NCBI GenBank assembly: GCA_964016885.1
Contig: OZ024743.1
Span: 281,976,001-282,040,000 of the forward strand
Length of the DNA stretch: 64,000 nucleotides
Source: Eledone cirrhosa
Taxonomy: Eukaryota
Reading direction: 5' to 3'
Below are positions 24,701-39,865 of the stretch, piece after piece. Each line of letters opens with the position of its first letter. The first letter of the stretch is position 1. The notes under the pieces are model-generated. The model made no database searches and was not told the origin of the DNA. It saw only the letters and a program-made list of their open reading frames with translations. Position numbers and translations under genes: made by a program.

Positions 24701-27700
24701 CAGGGAGATTCAGTATCACACAAAATGAGACAAAGCTGACCCTTCGAATAATAGGTAATTGACCAGGTCATGGAGGGCACAGAAAAAGTTATAGCACAAC
24801 TAATCAGAGAATGAATTGATCTAGATGAAATGCAGTTTGGGTTTATGTCAGGTAAAAGTACCACAGATGCTCTTTTCCTTGTACGACAACTACAGGAGAA
24901 GTACCTAGCTAAAAGTAAACCTCTATACTTAGCTTTTGTTGACTTGGAGAAAGCCTTTGACAGAGTCCCCCACTCCATTATCTGGTGGGCTCTTAGAAAA
25001 CTAGGTGTTGATGAATTGCTTTATAGAGCTATACAATCCATGTATAAAGAAACAGTCAGCACGGTTAGAATTAACAACTAATATAGTGAAAAATTTAGCG
25101 TAAAAGTCGGTGTTCAACAGGGCTCTGTCCTTAGCCCCTCCTATTTATTATTGCCCTTCAGGGAGTTCAAGACCAGCTGCCCATGGTAACTTCTATACGC
25201 AGATGATCTAACGCTCATAGCTGAATCAATGGCTGAACTAGAGAAGAAATTCCAAGCATGGCCTAGAATCAAAAGGCCTTAAAATTATCTTGTCTAAGAC
25301 TAAAGTTCTAGTATGTAGGAAGGAAAATAGGGTACTGGTCCCCTCTGGGAAATTGCCATGCTCAGTGTATAGGAAAGGAGTAGGCAGAAACTCCATTTTA
25401 TGTCCCAAATGCAAAGTATGAGTGCATAAAAGATGTAGTGGGAAGACAGGTAAACTAACTAAGAACATAGATTTTATATGTGGCCAGTGCTCAGGTGCAA
25501 TAAGTAGTAGCAAGTGCCCACAGGATACTAGCTCCTTCCATTGCCCAGATGGTTCTATAGAAATAGTGGACACCTTCCGTTACCTGGGTGACAAAATCAG
25601 CAGTGGTGGAGGGTGCTCTGAAAGTACAGTAGCTAGAGTCAGAACAGGATAGAAAAAGTTCAGAGAGCTTATACCACTATTGGCCGCTAAAGGTTTCTCT
25701 CTAAAAATGAAAGGCAGACTGTATGATGCCTGCATACGAACAGCAATGTTGCATGGCAGTGAGACCTGGGCATTGTGTGCAGAGGATATACGCAGACAGG
25801 AGAGGAACAAAGCTTGCATGCTCCATTGGATGTGTAATAGTAATATACGTGAACGGCAAAGCATAAATGAACTAAGTGAGAAATTAGGAATAAGAGGGAT
25901 CAGATGCTGTTTACTCGAAAGAAGACTACGTTGGTATGATCACGTGATGTGCATGAAAGACGACAGCTGTATAAAAAGGTGCAGGGTGATCAAAATAGAT
26001 GGAAACTACAGAGTAGACAAACCCAGAAAAACCTGGGACGATTTGATAAATTCCGACCTCACACACTTACACCTCTCCAAAACGATGTCACTGGACCGAG
26101 ATCTTTGGCGCTATGCAGTAATTCAGAATACCCGCCTTGCCTAAGTACAAAGCGAAACCTACAGGCAGTAGGCACCTCTTAACCAAAAATACACCCCCCT
26201 TTCCACTACCCCTACCCCCACCCCCATCTACACCACCCCTTTCTCTGTAAAGTTATGTTGGTACCACAGCATCCAGTCCTAAATAAATGAGGTCGTGTAG
26301 GTTTCACAACAAAAAAACACACAGTCCACGGTGTAATGTGGCCGTGTAGGCAACACGGTAAAAACCTCCCAGTCCACACTGTAAATGTTGTTGGTGTTAG
26401 GAAGGGCATCCAGCCGTAGAAAACCTGCCAGACAGTCCTATACGAGCAAGACAACCAATCTTGCCTCACGTGGGACAATTCCCGTCTAAACCCATGCTAG
26501 CGTGGAAGATAGACGTTAAACTATGATGATGATGATGATAAACTCATTTTTGACTGTAGTAATGTGAAATAAAGTGTCCAGCTGAAGGACACAACATGCC
26601 ACACTATGAATCGAACTCACAATCTTATGATCATGAGCTGGATATCGTAACCAAAAGCCACATGCTTTCACGGATGACGATATATATAATACATACACAT
26701 TGTATATACTCGTGTATAAGCTACACCATTTTTCACAAAAATATGTCATGAAAATTCAGTATGTGTGTGAGTGTGTGTTGCCAATAAATTAGTGCATCAA
26801 TCAAAAATGCCATGTGGTATGTATTCTGTGTGATATCATCTTCATCATCATCATCATCTCCGTTTTACGTCCGTTCTTCCACGCTAGCATGGGTTAGATG
26901 GGTTGTCCTGTTGTGGGCAGTGTCTGGTCGGCTGACCATGCCTTTCTCATACAGGAACTGATTTGGCTTGATTTCTACAGCTGGATGCCCTTCCTAACAC
27001 CAACCTCATTTACAGTGAGTGCTGGGTGCTTTTTCGTGGCGCCTACACGTCCACTTTACAGTGTGGGCTGGGTGCTTTTTTGCCGTGGCACCTCCACGAC
27101 CACCTTGCAGTGGGAGGGTGTGGGGGCATATTGTCTATATGCTTCAGCTTGTACCCATGGGAGGTCGGGTATTCTGTATTACTGCGTGACGCCAGAGGTC
27201 GTGTGTCATCGCCTTTGAGAGGTCTAATTGGGTAAGGTCGGCTTTTATCACGTCATCCCAGGTCTTCTTGGGTCTCCCCACTCCGCGGTTTCCATCGACT
27301 TCTAGTGCTCTGCACCTTTTTATGCAGCTGTCATCCTTCATACGCATCACATGTCCATACTAACGCATCTGCCTCTCCTGCACACAGCATTTGATTCCTC
27401 TTATGCTCAGTCTCTCTCTCAATTCATTTATGCTTTGTCGTTCGCGTATATTACTGTCACACATCCATCGGAGCATGCAGGCTTCGTTTCTCTCTAATCT
27501 ACGTAAGTCTTCCACCTTCAGCACCCAGGTCTCACTACCATGTAACATTGCTGTTCGGATACACGCATCATACAGTCTGCCTTTCATTTTGAGGGAGAAG
27601 CCTTTTGCAGCTAGTAGTGGCAGTAGTTCCCTGAACTTCTTCCATCCCGTCCATCCCTTTACACAAAGTAGGACTTTCTATTCGATGAATAAGGATTAAT

Positions 27701-28468
27701 AAAAAATAAAAAAAGTTTGTGAGTTGATATAATCAATTAAAACTCCTGAAGACCACTAAGTGTAGTAAATAGTAAATATATAAAAGAAAAGGTAATGTAG
27801 TGAGATGGTATACTTACTGTTAAACATGAAGTTAAGTAGTTGAACACTGATATTAGTAATGGCACTTTTTCACCACGGACAGCAGAATATGGCAGAGTAT
27901 ATGATACAAAAAATGGCTTGAAAACCTTAAAATTGACTTGCTCTGAAACCCCAACACCAACTTCTTTATTAGTGCAGATTGCATTTCCAACCCAAGTTGT
28001 AATGGTATCTGGAACTTTCTTACTCAAGGTGAACATTCCATCAGGCCTGTAGTCGATAACAAAAGCATAATTTGTCATAGTGTATTGAAATGAAAAATGA
28101 AATGTACAACTGACACCTATGCAAGTTTAACTAGCTTTCTACATGTTTGCATCTCATAAAAGGTTGTTTTTTTTGTTGTATTAAAGAAATATTGTTATGA
28201 AAGAATTAACTCTTTCATGACCATATTTTTAAAGAAAGACTCTGGGCTTAACTATAATTGTCAGTTATTTCATTATTAATATAGTGTTTCTAATGTAACT
28301 TAACAAATAAGAGAGAGAGAGACAGCAGTGACTGAATAGAGAGGGAAAAAATTGAATTTCTTCAAATACACTAGTACACTACCAGGTTAAGAGATCAAAT
28401 GATGGAGGTAACAAAGGAACGGTCATTGTGTACATATACACCCAGCACACACACACACGCACGCACGC

Positions 28469-28512
<44 letters not shown>

Positions 28513-31500
28513 GCATATAACCACACAGATATATATATACACAGCAAGCACTATCATTGATATAACTATGCATACACTGTGTACATATACACTATGTACA
28601 CCACCTTCCCCTACTTTTGCCACACCTCCCAATAAATTCGGTCCTGCACCCAGCAATCCCCCACATCTTTCCTTTATTTTCCAATGAAGTCTGTTTGCAT
28701 CACCTTGCAGGTACATACTTCAATAGATAGTGAGCATTTCCTAGTTTTCCAATCAATTTACTTCAACTCTACTTTTGTCCATTCTACTATACCTGCACCA
28801 CACATAATTATTGAAACAACTGTGGTATTTATTGCTTGCACAGTATTTCTACCACTCAAACTGGACTTGCAGAATTTTATCATTATAATATTATTATATT
28901 AATGATATTATTATACAGAGGAAAGTGGATTATTGGAACTGGTAAATTGTTGAACAACATGCTTTGTGGCATGTTATTATGGTCATTTATGTTCTGAGTT
29001 CAAATTCCGTTGATGTTAACTTTTCCTTTCACCCTTATGGGGTCGGTGAAACAAAGCACCAGTAATGCACTAGGGTTGATTTAATGGACTTTTCTCTCAA
29101 CCAAAACTCCTGTGGTCAGTGGAAATTCCATTTTATAGAGGACTAGTGGTGGGCAAGTGAGATGACATTCTTGATGAGAACTAACTAGTTGGTCTCTTCT
29201 GGAAGACATTTACGTCCTGGGACTATGGACAATTTCCAGAAAATCTGTGGCCTAGCAGTGCTATCAGGAGGTGGGGCACTGCCAGTTTGAGACAAACTCT
29301 AGAGGAACCGAGGTGTAGTCAAATTGACCGTGTCCAAGATACACACAGAACAATGAAACCATTCTGCATTCACTCATCCAGTATTAGGCATTGCTGACTT
29401 GTGGAGTTTTGTCAAACAGTTATTGTCACATATAGGAGGAGAGATGTGGGTATTGGCCGTCTCCATTGTGAAGATCACCCTGCTGGGAAGGTGAGGCAGT
29501 TTTCCTCTACTGGTGGCTATGGCAAAAGTGGCTGTGTCGTGAACACGACTAAAAGGGTGGAAGACAGACACATTCCTCTTTGGCTAAGCCCTCATCCACT
29601 TTTTAAAATTCCATTTGGAAAGGAAGAGGAGGGTGGAGAGGGAAGTGTTGCTCCCAGTACATTTTGTTAAAAGGTTGGTGAATGTAGGAAGGCTGGCCTG
29701 AGTGAATGGGCCTACACTGAGCATACGCCTGTAAGTTAAAGAGTGCAGAGAGGAGAGGGGTCCCTTTTCTACAGTGCTCTTGTTATTCAGGGTTGTCTTA
29801 GATTTGTAGGGTTCCACAACAACCCTTAGTGTAGCTCCTCCTTATTGGGAAATTTTTGTTACAAATTTTTCATCGTTACATTGTTACCTGTTTTCTCTTC
29901 TTTGTTCATGTTTTTAATATATAAATCCCCACTGTCTCTGTCTCTTGTATTGTCCATAATATTTTCAGCCCTAGTGGCCAGTAAAGAAATCATTATTATT
30001 ATTATTAATGGCGGTATTGGTAAAGCATTGGCCAATATGCTTTGCGTCATATAGTTATGTCCTTTACATTCTGAGTTCAGAGCCCGTTAATGTTAACTTT
30101 GCCTTTCATCCTTACACGATCAATAAAATATAGTACTAGTAATGTACTGAGTTTCCCCTCCCCAAAACTTGCTGGCCTTGTGCCCAAAGTAGAAACAATT
30201 ATTATAATTACCCAACAGTTTCAATGTCCCATAGCCAGGTTTCTGGAAAGTCAGATCGTGTTTCTTCAGAGTCAGATTGTGATCCTATTGTATCATCTGT
30301 TTTTAAATATTTAGTTCTGAACCTCAGGCCAGTGACTAAACTTATTGGACCTTCAAGAAATACATTTAGATCATTATATTCACACACTTGAATAATTTGT
30401 CTAATAAAATGAAACAATGACACACACACACACAGAGTAACAGATACCTTTCTTTATTTGCCACCGGAACATACAAAAATGGGACATTACAAGACGTGAC
30501 AGCGGGGGTTTTACATAAAAATAACTTTAACATTTATAAATAACAATATATAATAAAATAACAATTGAAATCCCCAATAGGGGGAACGTTACTGCAGGGT
30601 TGTTTTACACCCCGTGGATAGAATAACCCTCAACACCAGGAACACGTTTTGTAGGTGTTCCTGTCTTCCTTCTGTTTATCTTCCTCAACCTACAGGTTTA
30701 TATACAGAGAAGGCCCATACACTCGGGCCATTTTCGCCACATTCACCCACCTTTCAGCGAATTTACTGGGGTGTAGCATCTTTCTCTCCACTCTCACCTT
30801 CCTTCTGAAGTAACAGATAGCCACTCAAATATATTCATAAACACATGTACCCTTCCACTCCCGTTCCATCCACTGTGTCGATGACTCAACAGTCCACACT
30901 GTAAGGTGGCCGTGTAGGAGACACAGTGAAAAGGCTCCCAGTCCACACTGTAAATGTGGTTGGTGTTAGAAAGGGCATCCAGCTGTAAAAAAAAACCTAC
31001 CAGAGACACTTCTCTGTGAGCGAGACATGATCTCCCAACTATTCCCGCATCAAATGGAACAAAACCGTCTAACCCATGCTAGCGTGGAAGATGGACGTTA
31101 AACGATGATGATGATGATGATGATGAACACACACAGTGAGAGATAATTATTAAAACATATCCATAAATTCACACACAGATTGAGAAATAACCATCATCAT
31201 CATTGCTGTTCTACATCCATTTTTCCCTTTTAGCATGAGTTGAATAGGTCTTTTCCAGCAAAACATCTCTCCACTTGCCATGGTCTTCATTAACTCATCT
31301 GTGAGATTCAGTGATTTGAAACCAGCTCTGATAACCACTGCCCAGGTCTTCCTTAGCCTCCCTCAATAGTAGCTCCAATGCACTGGGATTTCTTGGCACC
31401 TCTTCACCCAATAATCATCATCCACATGCATCACTTGACCATACCAGTGCAGTTTTCTCTCCTGCACACTACATGTAATTCCTCTTATATCCAGCTTTTC

Positions 31501-34500
31501 TCACAGCTCATCTATGCTTTGTCTCTCATGCACATTAACATTGTACACCCATCGAAGCATACTTGTATCATTTCTCTCCAGCCTTTGCACATCCTCTGCA
31601 TTCACTGCCCATATCTTACTATCATGCAACATCACACTTTTCACACAGGCATCATACAGCCAGCCTTTATTTCAAAGGGGGAAACATTTTACTGTCAACA
31701 GAGGTAGTAGTTCTCTAAATATTTTCCTTTCTGTTCTTACTCTAGCTATTATGCTCTAGATGTAGGATGCCCCATTTTATCACCTAAGTAGTAAAAGCTA
31801 TCAACCATGTCTATGGTGCTTTCCTAGGATCAGAAAACATTTATTTTACCGATGCTCTTACTACTAACATACAAAGTTTACCTTTTCTGTTAGTCTGCCT
31901 ACTATTCCACTACACCTCTTGTGTACCCAAGAATATGATGTACCCAAGTTTTACATTGTGTACATCATATAGAGTTACTACCTACTCCTTTTCTATCTAT
32001 TGAGCTGGGCCATTTTTCTGATGAGATCAGGGTCCAGTCTTCTTTGCTGCTTTCCTGAGTTTTCTATAAGCCCTTTTATTCTAAGTTCTGTTTCCAAAGC
32101 ATGAATTTCTTCTCTAGATCTTCCACTACTTTGGTTATAAGAACCAGGCTGCTGGCATATAAAAGTTCTTATGGATAACCTCTTAAACTCCCTAGTTATG
32201 GCTATAATAAACAGGAGTGGGCTGAGGACTGAGCTCTGATGAACACCCACCTGCACTTTAAATTCCTCACTAAACCCACTTCCTACTCTCACATTACTAT
32301 CAGTACCTCTGTAGATGGCCTGCACTACTCTTACAAGCCACTCTTCCATACCTAGTTTCCTTAAGGACTACCTAATGATAGATCGAGGTATCTGTCAAAA
32401 GCCTTCTCTAGATCAACAAAAGCTAAATATAGTGGTTTACACTTACTTAGGAACTTCTCTTATTGTCTCACTAGAAAGAGGGCATCTCCTTGGCACAAAA
32501 CCAAACTGCATTTCATTTAATTTGACTCTTACCTTAATCAATTGTGCTGAAACTCTTTCAGTCATTTTCATTGCCTAGTCCATTAGTTTTATTCCCTGCA
32601 ATTGTTTCTTTCTAGTGTATCACCTTTTCCCTTGGATCAATTAATAAGTATACTACTACACCAGTCATTGGGTATGACTTCATCCTATACTACCTGATTG
32701 ATTATGCAGCTGTCTAGTTCAACTGCTACATCCCCAGAAGATTTCAGTATCTCAGTGACTATATCTGATTGCTTTTTTTGACACTACAATTGTCAATTTT
32801 AATAGCCAGTCCTTTTGTAATATATTTTATATGGTGCTGTCTTCATTCATAGTATCATTTTTACAACAGTTTATATGGTGACCTACCCAATTGCCACCAT
32901 GCTCCATCCTCCTGCCCACTTTTAACCACCTTCCTATTTGTTTACCCCCTCCTATCAGCCTCTCTACCCCCTTCCACTCTAACTTTCTATCTGCCTCTTT
33001 ATTAAACTCATGAAACTGCATGGTGTTGACATGGATTCACAAGCTGTGGGAACAGGCAGCCTATCTAGGAGAGCAGTCATTCTGACTAAAGAAGACTGCA
33101 CAGGGTGGACGTGGGCACTGTAAGCCTTAGCGAGGGCAATCCGGCTATGAGAGAATCACTCTGATTTAAAACTGACACAGGGTAGAAAAAACACTTCAGT
33201 TTGGTCAGACAACCTCTCTAGTGCTGGTGTCACGATGAAATGTACTCAGTCCCTTTGTAAAGTGGTTGGTGAAAGGAAAGGCATCCAACCAGAACATTTT
33301 GCCAAAAAACCATGACCAGCACAGAATATAATATACACACTAACTGCATGAACAGGACTAACACTAGCCATGTTAGTGCTGCACATGGTAGTGGAGTCTC
33401 CTCTTATGCACACTGTTACCAATGCCTCTTATATTCAACTCTTTTATACTTCATCCCACAATTACACATCCATCAAAGCATGCTTGTCTCATTTCTTTCG
33501 AATCTCTGTAAGTCCTCCATTCACAAAGTCCAAGTCTCACTCCCATGTAACATTGCTGTTTGCACACAAGAATCATACAATCTTCCTTTCACTCTGAGGG
33601 AGAGACCCTTTGTAGCTAGCAGTGGTGGTAGGTCCCTGAACTTTTTACAGCCCATCCTCACTCTGACTACTGTACTTTCAGAACATCCAAGCCCAAGCTA
33701 ATTTGGTCTCCCAGAACTGTCAACTATTTCTAGCAAGCTATCTGAGTATTTGATAGAGCTTGTTTCCTGTAGGCTCTTGTTTCTTACTCCCCCATGCATT
33801 GAACACACAAAACCTACATTCTTTGCTAACCTACCTGTGATCCCACTACATCTTTTGTATACCCATAGCTTACATTTTGTACATAAGATGGAATTTCTGT
33901 CTACACTTTTCCTGCATACTGAGCAAGATCATTTTTCTGGGGAAATCGGGGTCCTGTTTTCTTTTTTACTTTGGTCTTTGCTAGATTGACTCTGAGACCT
34001 TTGGATTCTGGATTTTGTTTTCGTCTATGAAATTTCTTCTCTAATTCTGCTGCTGGTTCAGTTATGAGAACTAGATCATCAGCATATATGAGATCCCATG
34101 GGCAGCCAGTCTTAAACTCCTCTGTTATGGCCTATAGAACAATAATAAATAGGAGAGGAGGCTGAGGACAGACCCCTTGTGAACCCCCATCTGCACACTA
34201 AATTCGTTACTATATGCATTGTTGAATATAATGATGAATTACTGTTCATACACAATGAACAGTTTGAAATAGAGCCTACATTTTCCATCAGGCTCAGGCC
34301 TATTACCAGTCTTGCATGGGCTTGGTGAGGATAAGAGCTCTCTCTGAAGGGTAATAAAATTAATAGCTTTGGGACCAGTCATTTTGTTGGGTTAAAGTAT
34401 AAAATAATCAAATTCAATTAGAAAAACTGAGCTGAAAATATTAATAAGTACATACCAGGCTGTGCATCATATCTTGCCATAACAGGGTAGTAATGGGAAA

Positions 34501-37500
34501 AACAAGGTTTGCTTTCTAAAATTAAATCAGTAATAACTGCCAAACCTGATTTCTAGATTGAAAAACAAAAACAATAAACAAAAAAACAAAAAAAAATTAA
34601 ATAGGTTAGTTTCGAAATCCTCAATATGCAAATCAAATTAAACTGTTATTGATAGTTTAGGATGATTTAAATTTTATTAAATTCATCTGATAAATATTAT
34701 ATATTGATTTTCTATTACTTTTCTCATAAAAATTTCAATTGTAAAAAACAAAACAAAACAAAAAACAAATTGTGAAAAAGAACAATAGTTAGAAAGGTTT
34801 TAACATCTTGTCTGTGGAGCACTATTAAAGTGTATTTACCCTTTAGCATTCACAGTCTTATCCGGCTCTCGCAATTTGGATTTATCCCCAACTCCAGCTG
34901 CTGTGATCAACTTATCGAGTTTCTTGAAGACATCACCTGGATCACTGATGGCGGCTCATGGGTGGATGTTGTTTACCTTCACTTTGCGAAAGCTTTCAAT
35001 TCTGTGTCACACAAAAGGGGTATGGCAAAACTCTCTGCAATGGGTGTGAAGGATGATCTTTTTAACTGGTTAAAGTCCTTCATTCTCAGTTGAAGAGAAG
35101 TAGTCACGGTTCTGGGACAGCATTCCTCACCATATGAGATGTCATCTGGTGTACCACAGGGATCTGTTCTTGGCCCCCTTTTGTCTGTGGCATATATTAA
35201 TGACATAGATGCCAACTTAAAGAATGCCACAGTACTGAAATATACAGATGACATCAAGCTGTACCTTGAAATAAAAAGGACAGATCCTGAACACTATAGA
35301 TCTTGCTTGCAGTCTGACCTGGACACAATGCAACAATGGATCTCAGACTGGCAACTCAAGCTGTGGACAAGTGTACCACCATGCATTTTGTGAGAAAAAA
35401 AACCAGCGTCCACATACTCCCGCCACAGCACTAATATCAAGAAGTCTTCTTGTGAACGTGACCTGGGCATTACGGTCAGTAGCGATTTGCATTGGACGAA
35501 GCACGTCTCTAAAATTGTCAAGAGGGCCGAGGGTGTCTTAGCATCACTCAGCAAGACCTTTGTCAGCCGCTCTCCAGCTATCTATTTAAGGCTGTACATG
35601 GCTATGGTGCGGCCACACTTAGAATTTGCATCACCAGTCTGGAACCCCTATCTTGCTCAGAACATTGACCGCCTGGAAACTGTTCAGAGACGTGCAACCA
35701 AGCGAATACCCTCCATCAGGCATCTACCATACTCTGAACGCTTTGCTTCCCTGGGCATGGATACATTGAAGCTCCGACGCCTGGCAACTGACTTGGTAAA
35801 CACCCACAAAATTATTAACCATCTTGCCAACAACAACCCTGAGTACCTTTTTGATTTCCATGTGTCTAACACACATGGACATGCCCACAAAGTCAGAAAA
35901 CAGCATAGCTCCCATGACTTTCGGAAACATTTTTTCACGCTCAGAGTTGCTGAAGCATGGAACAAACTACCTGCATTAGTTATTAGCTGTCAAGACACTG
36001 CATCCTTTAAAACCTCCATGCTTCCTGAGATTCGCCAACACTACACCTAATGTTCCCCCTCCATACACATACACACCTGTATATCATGACTCGTACACTA
36101 TTCACTTCCCTGACATTTGTGTATTATTCTATGTACTATACATGCACCTTTGACGAGTTGTAGTGTACCTGAGCACTTTACACAATAATTTCATTATTAT
36201 TATTATTCTATATTTACTATTGTATTTTCACAGAAAAGACTATCTCATGTAATTATCTCACATAATATCAAATCTACAAGATTTTGATATTTATTTTGAG
36301 AACAATATGTTAACGTCGGTATGGACTGCCAGTTACGACCACTTTGAAGAGAAAGAGGTGAGAGAATTCTGGCCAGATATAGCCGGTTTAAATGCTAAAG
36401 GGTTAACAAGCCAAAATATGTTTTCCCTATCTGTTTACTCTTTCTCTCTTCCTTTTTTAAAATTCTTTCCTCTGTTTCTGCTTGTAAATATATACAATTC
36501 AATATGAATAAAACCCTTTTGAAAAAATAAGAAAAAATTGGCAGGCTGTTTGACTAGTTTATCATACCAACAATTAGGTACAAATCTGGGACATGGTTGA
36601 TGCATTAGATCAAAGGTTCTCAACGGGGTGGGGGGCATTTCGGAACACCAGGGGGGCGTTTGGGAGCAGACGTTTGGAGCTGGGGGAGGGGGGCTGGAAG
36701 GCTCTTTACTTTGGTAAGTTTTATAAGCCATATTTATATGTCTTTGAGACAGCCAGTGTGAATGCATTTGAATGAGCATGCAGACAGCATAACTATGGTC
36801 TGACCGCAGCTGTGAGCAGGTGTGCAGGCGTGTCTAGACATTAACCGGCAATTGAGATCCTAAAAATGGAAAAACCCACAGTCAACTGGGTCAAGGACAC
36901 TTTGAGCGCAGCCAGTTAGAATCTTATCTTTCCTTCACCGATAACAATGTATTTCATGTCTGAAATTATTGACTCAACCGTAATGAGTTAACACTATGCA
37001 GATCTATTGTATTCCCAATTGTATAAATAATATTACAAATAAAAAAAAAAGAAATGAAAAAATACAGAAGCGGGTAGCACACACATGTAGGACCACATGC
37101 AACACATAATCAGATAATACACACTTCTAGGAACACATACAACACATAAGCAGGTAATACACACATCTAGGACCACATGCAACACATAAGGAGGTAGCAC
37201 ACACATCTAGAACCACATACAACACACAGGCAGGTGATACATACATCTAGGACCACATACAACACATAAGCAGGTAATACAAACATCTAGGACCACATAC
37301 AACACATAATCAGGTAATACAAACATCTAGGACCACATACAACACATAATCAGGTAATACATACATCTAGGACCACCTACAACACATAAGGAGGTAATAC
37401 ACACATCTAGGACCACATACAACACACAAGCAGGTAATACATACAGCTGGGACCACATGCAATACATAAGCAGGTAATACATACATCTAGGACTACATAC

Positions 37501-39833
37501 AACACACAGGCAGGTAATACATACATCTAGGACCACATACAACACACATTATATCATGTGCTACGGACGGCACAAGGACAATGGTCGACCAACATAAGGG
37601 TTTCATCACTCTTCTGAAGAGAGAAAATCTATCTGTATTTGCTGTTCATTGTGTCATTCATCGACAACACTTGGCTGTGAAGAAACTCAGCAAGCCGCTG
37701 AGCAAGTCCTTGCAGGTGACCATTGATATCATCAATTTTATCAAACAGCATTCCCTCAATTTTCTGGCAACTGTGCCAAGATAATGACGAAGAATTCGTC
37801 ATGCTGCTCCTTCATACTGAAGTGAGGTGGCTTTCAAAGGGCAAGTGCTTTACTCTTTGAACTCTTCGACTCTATCATTGAGTTTCTGCAAGGACGCAAC
37901 ACAGAACTGTACAAGAAAACCCTTGATGTGAGGCAAGACTGCGCCTACCTCACCGACATCTTCGACAAATGCATTTTGGCTTTGCAGGGGAAGAAGATCA
38001 CCTTGCTTAAAGCAAGGAATGCTGTGAAAACATTCCTGGCCAAATTGAATGTCATCGAAAGGAATCTTTGTTGACGGGAATTCTATAATTTTCCTAGTGT
38101 CGCCAATGTTCAAAACATTGTAACCGATGACCAACTCCAAATTTATACCGCTCACCTCCGTGCTCTACCAGACAACATGAGAGAACGGTTTGTCGACCTT
38201 TTTCTGATGGACATCCCAATGTGGATAGCAGATCCCTTCATAGCTAACGTCGACAATTTGGATGTTAAATTTCAGGAAGAATTCATTGAACTTCAAACAG
38301 ATGACATGATCAAAATTAGATTTCCCAAAATAGGTGAACCCCTTTTTTGGATGCAAGAGGAAATTCAGCGTCGATTTCCACACCTACATGCAGAGACTAA
38401 GAGATTTTCTCTGCCTTTTCCAAGCTGATACTTCGTCATGAGGAGGTTTGGTGCTGTTTCTAGACTACACAGTAAGTCTCGCAACTGCTACAATGTAATT
38501 ACACATGGAGATCTCTGGCTACATCTTAGGAAAATTCAGCCTCACGTCAAAGAGTTAGCTAAACTCCATGAAGCTCAAGGGTCCCATTGAAATGAAGTCA
38601 AAGTTAAAGTAAGTTGATTTATCTGAAAACTTGGATATGCTATTGTTACAAAGCAAACTAACAATTTTTTTTATTTGTAGTTGCAGTCTGACTGGACTGG
38701 AAACCATCTACTACAATTCACTTACTCATTTGTTGTATATAATTTACCATTTACTAATAAATATACCCTCCCACGTGGTCATGAAAACCCTCTTCCATGG
38801 TCTCTAAGCTCACAAAGCAGAGGGGACATCAAGTTAGATATCAACATTTATTCTGTCCGTTTCATTAAAGGGAAAATTGGAAAGCTTTGAAATGATATAA
38901 TTGCCACTTTCTTCCAGATAAGAGCACTCTTGGGATAGACAGAGTTGCTCTTGTATAAATGTTCAAAATAGCTGGTATCGTCTGGTGGGAATATAACAAA
39001 TTCAACTGGTCCTTATTCATAAAAAAAACATTTATGTTCCTTTTTTTGAAATTTATATATTTCTTTTCAAGGAATGTATTTATACTCTCAGCTGCCTGCA
39101 ATGGTATCTTTGGAATATTGTTAATCAATTTTTTAGTAATCTACTGATATCTAAATCAGTAGTATATTGAAAAATGGAAAAATAGGGGGGGGGGGGGCGT
39201 TTCGTGATTTTGAGAGACAAAAGGGGGCGTTTGGCCTAAATGGGTTGAAAACCTGTGAATTACATGATTAGAACAAGTTAAAAGATTAGAACAGGAAAAA
39301 TGCATATTAGGAATCACTAAAAAAAAAAAAGACAAAGGTTAATAAGAGAGCAAACAAAATAAACATGTAAAACGTTATAAAATATATTGAGAAGAGAAAA
39401 TCGAAATGAATAGGTCATGTGGCACAAACAAATAATTATTTCTATTTTAGGCACAAGGCCAGCAAATACCCAGTGCATTACTGGTATTTTATTTTATCGA
39501 CCCCCGTAAGGATGAAAGGCAAAGTCAACCTCGGCGGGATTTGAACTCAGATCGTAAAGGGACGTAACTATGCTGGAAAGCATGGCGTCCGACCCTCTAC
39601 CGATACTGCCAATCCACCAGACAAAGTTATGTACAGAATGGAAGTCTAAGGACAAGATGTAAAGATGAGATCAATAAATTTATGGGCATAGATGAAAGCA
39701 GCATAGGATAGGAACAATTTGCACTGACTTAGGGAGGTCTTTACCTTGCAGTGAGTAGAGAATGGCTGAGAAGGATGGTGGTGGTGAAGGTGGAGGGTAT
39801 TGGTGATAGCGTGGAAGAACGGACGTAAAACGG

Positions 39834-39865
<32 letters not shown>

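Noticed and set aside
29888-29970. Extra exon ([10 protein letters not shown]...) after FPETWLW
   Set aside because: It lies in the antisense 3' UTR of a Tx1-like LINE and ends in an incompatible phase.
34308-34343. Alternative bait-region mini-exon
   Set aside because: The best acceptor (cag at 34344-34346) with the gtaata donor gives phase 1 to 2 or a stop. A phase-compatible version needs a weak downstream AG, and the flanking exons already join in frame.
37069-37548. CRISPR-like regular array
   Set aside because: Units are contiguous 40-mers with only point variants and no unique spacers; no cas genes; eukaryotic intron inside a hAT element.
39432-39617. tRNA gene
   Set aside because: A/B-box-like motifs are too far apart for a cloverleaf and continue into a repeated body and tail; it is a SINE.
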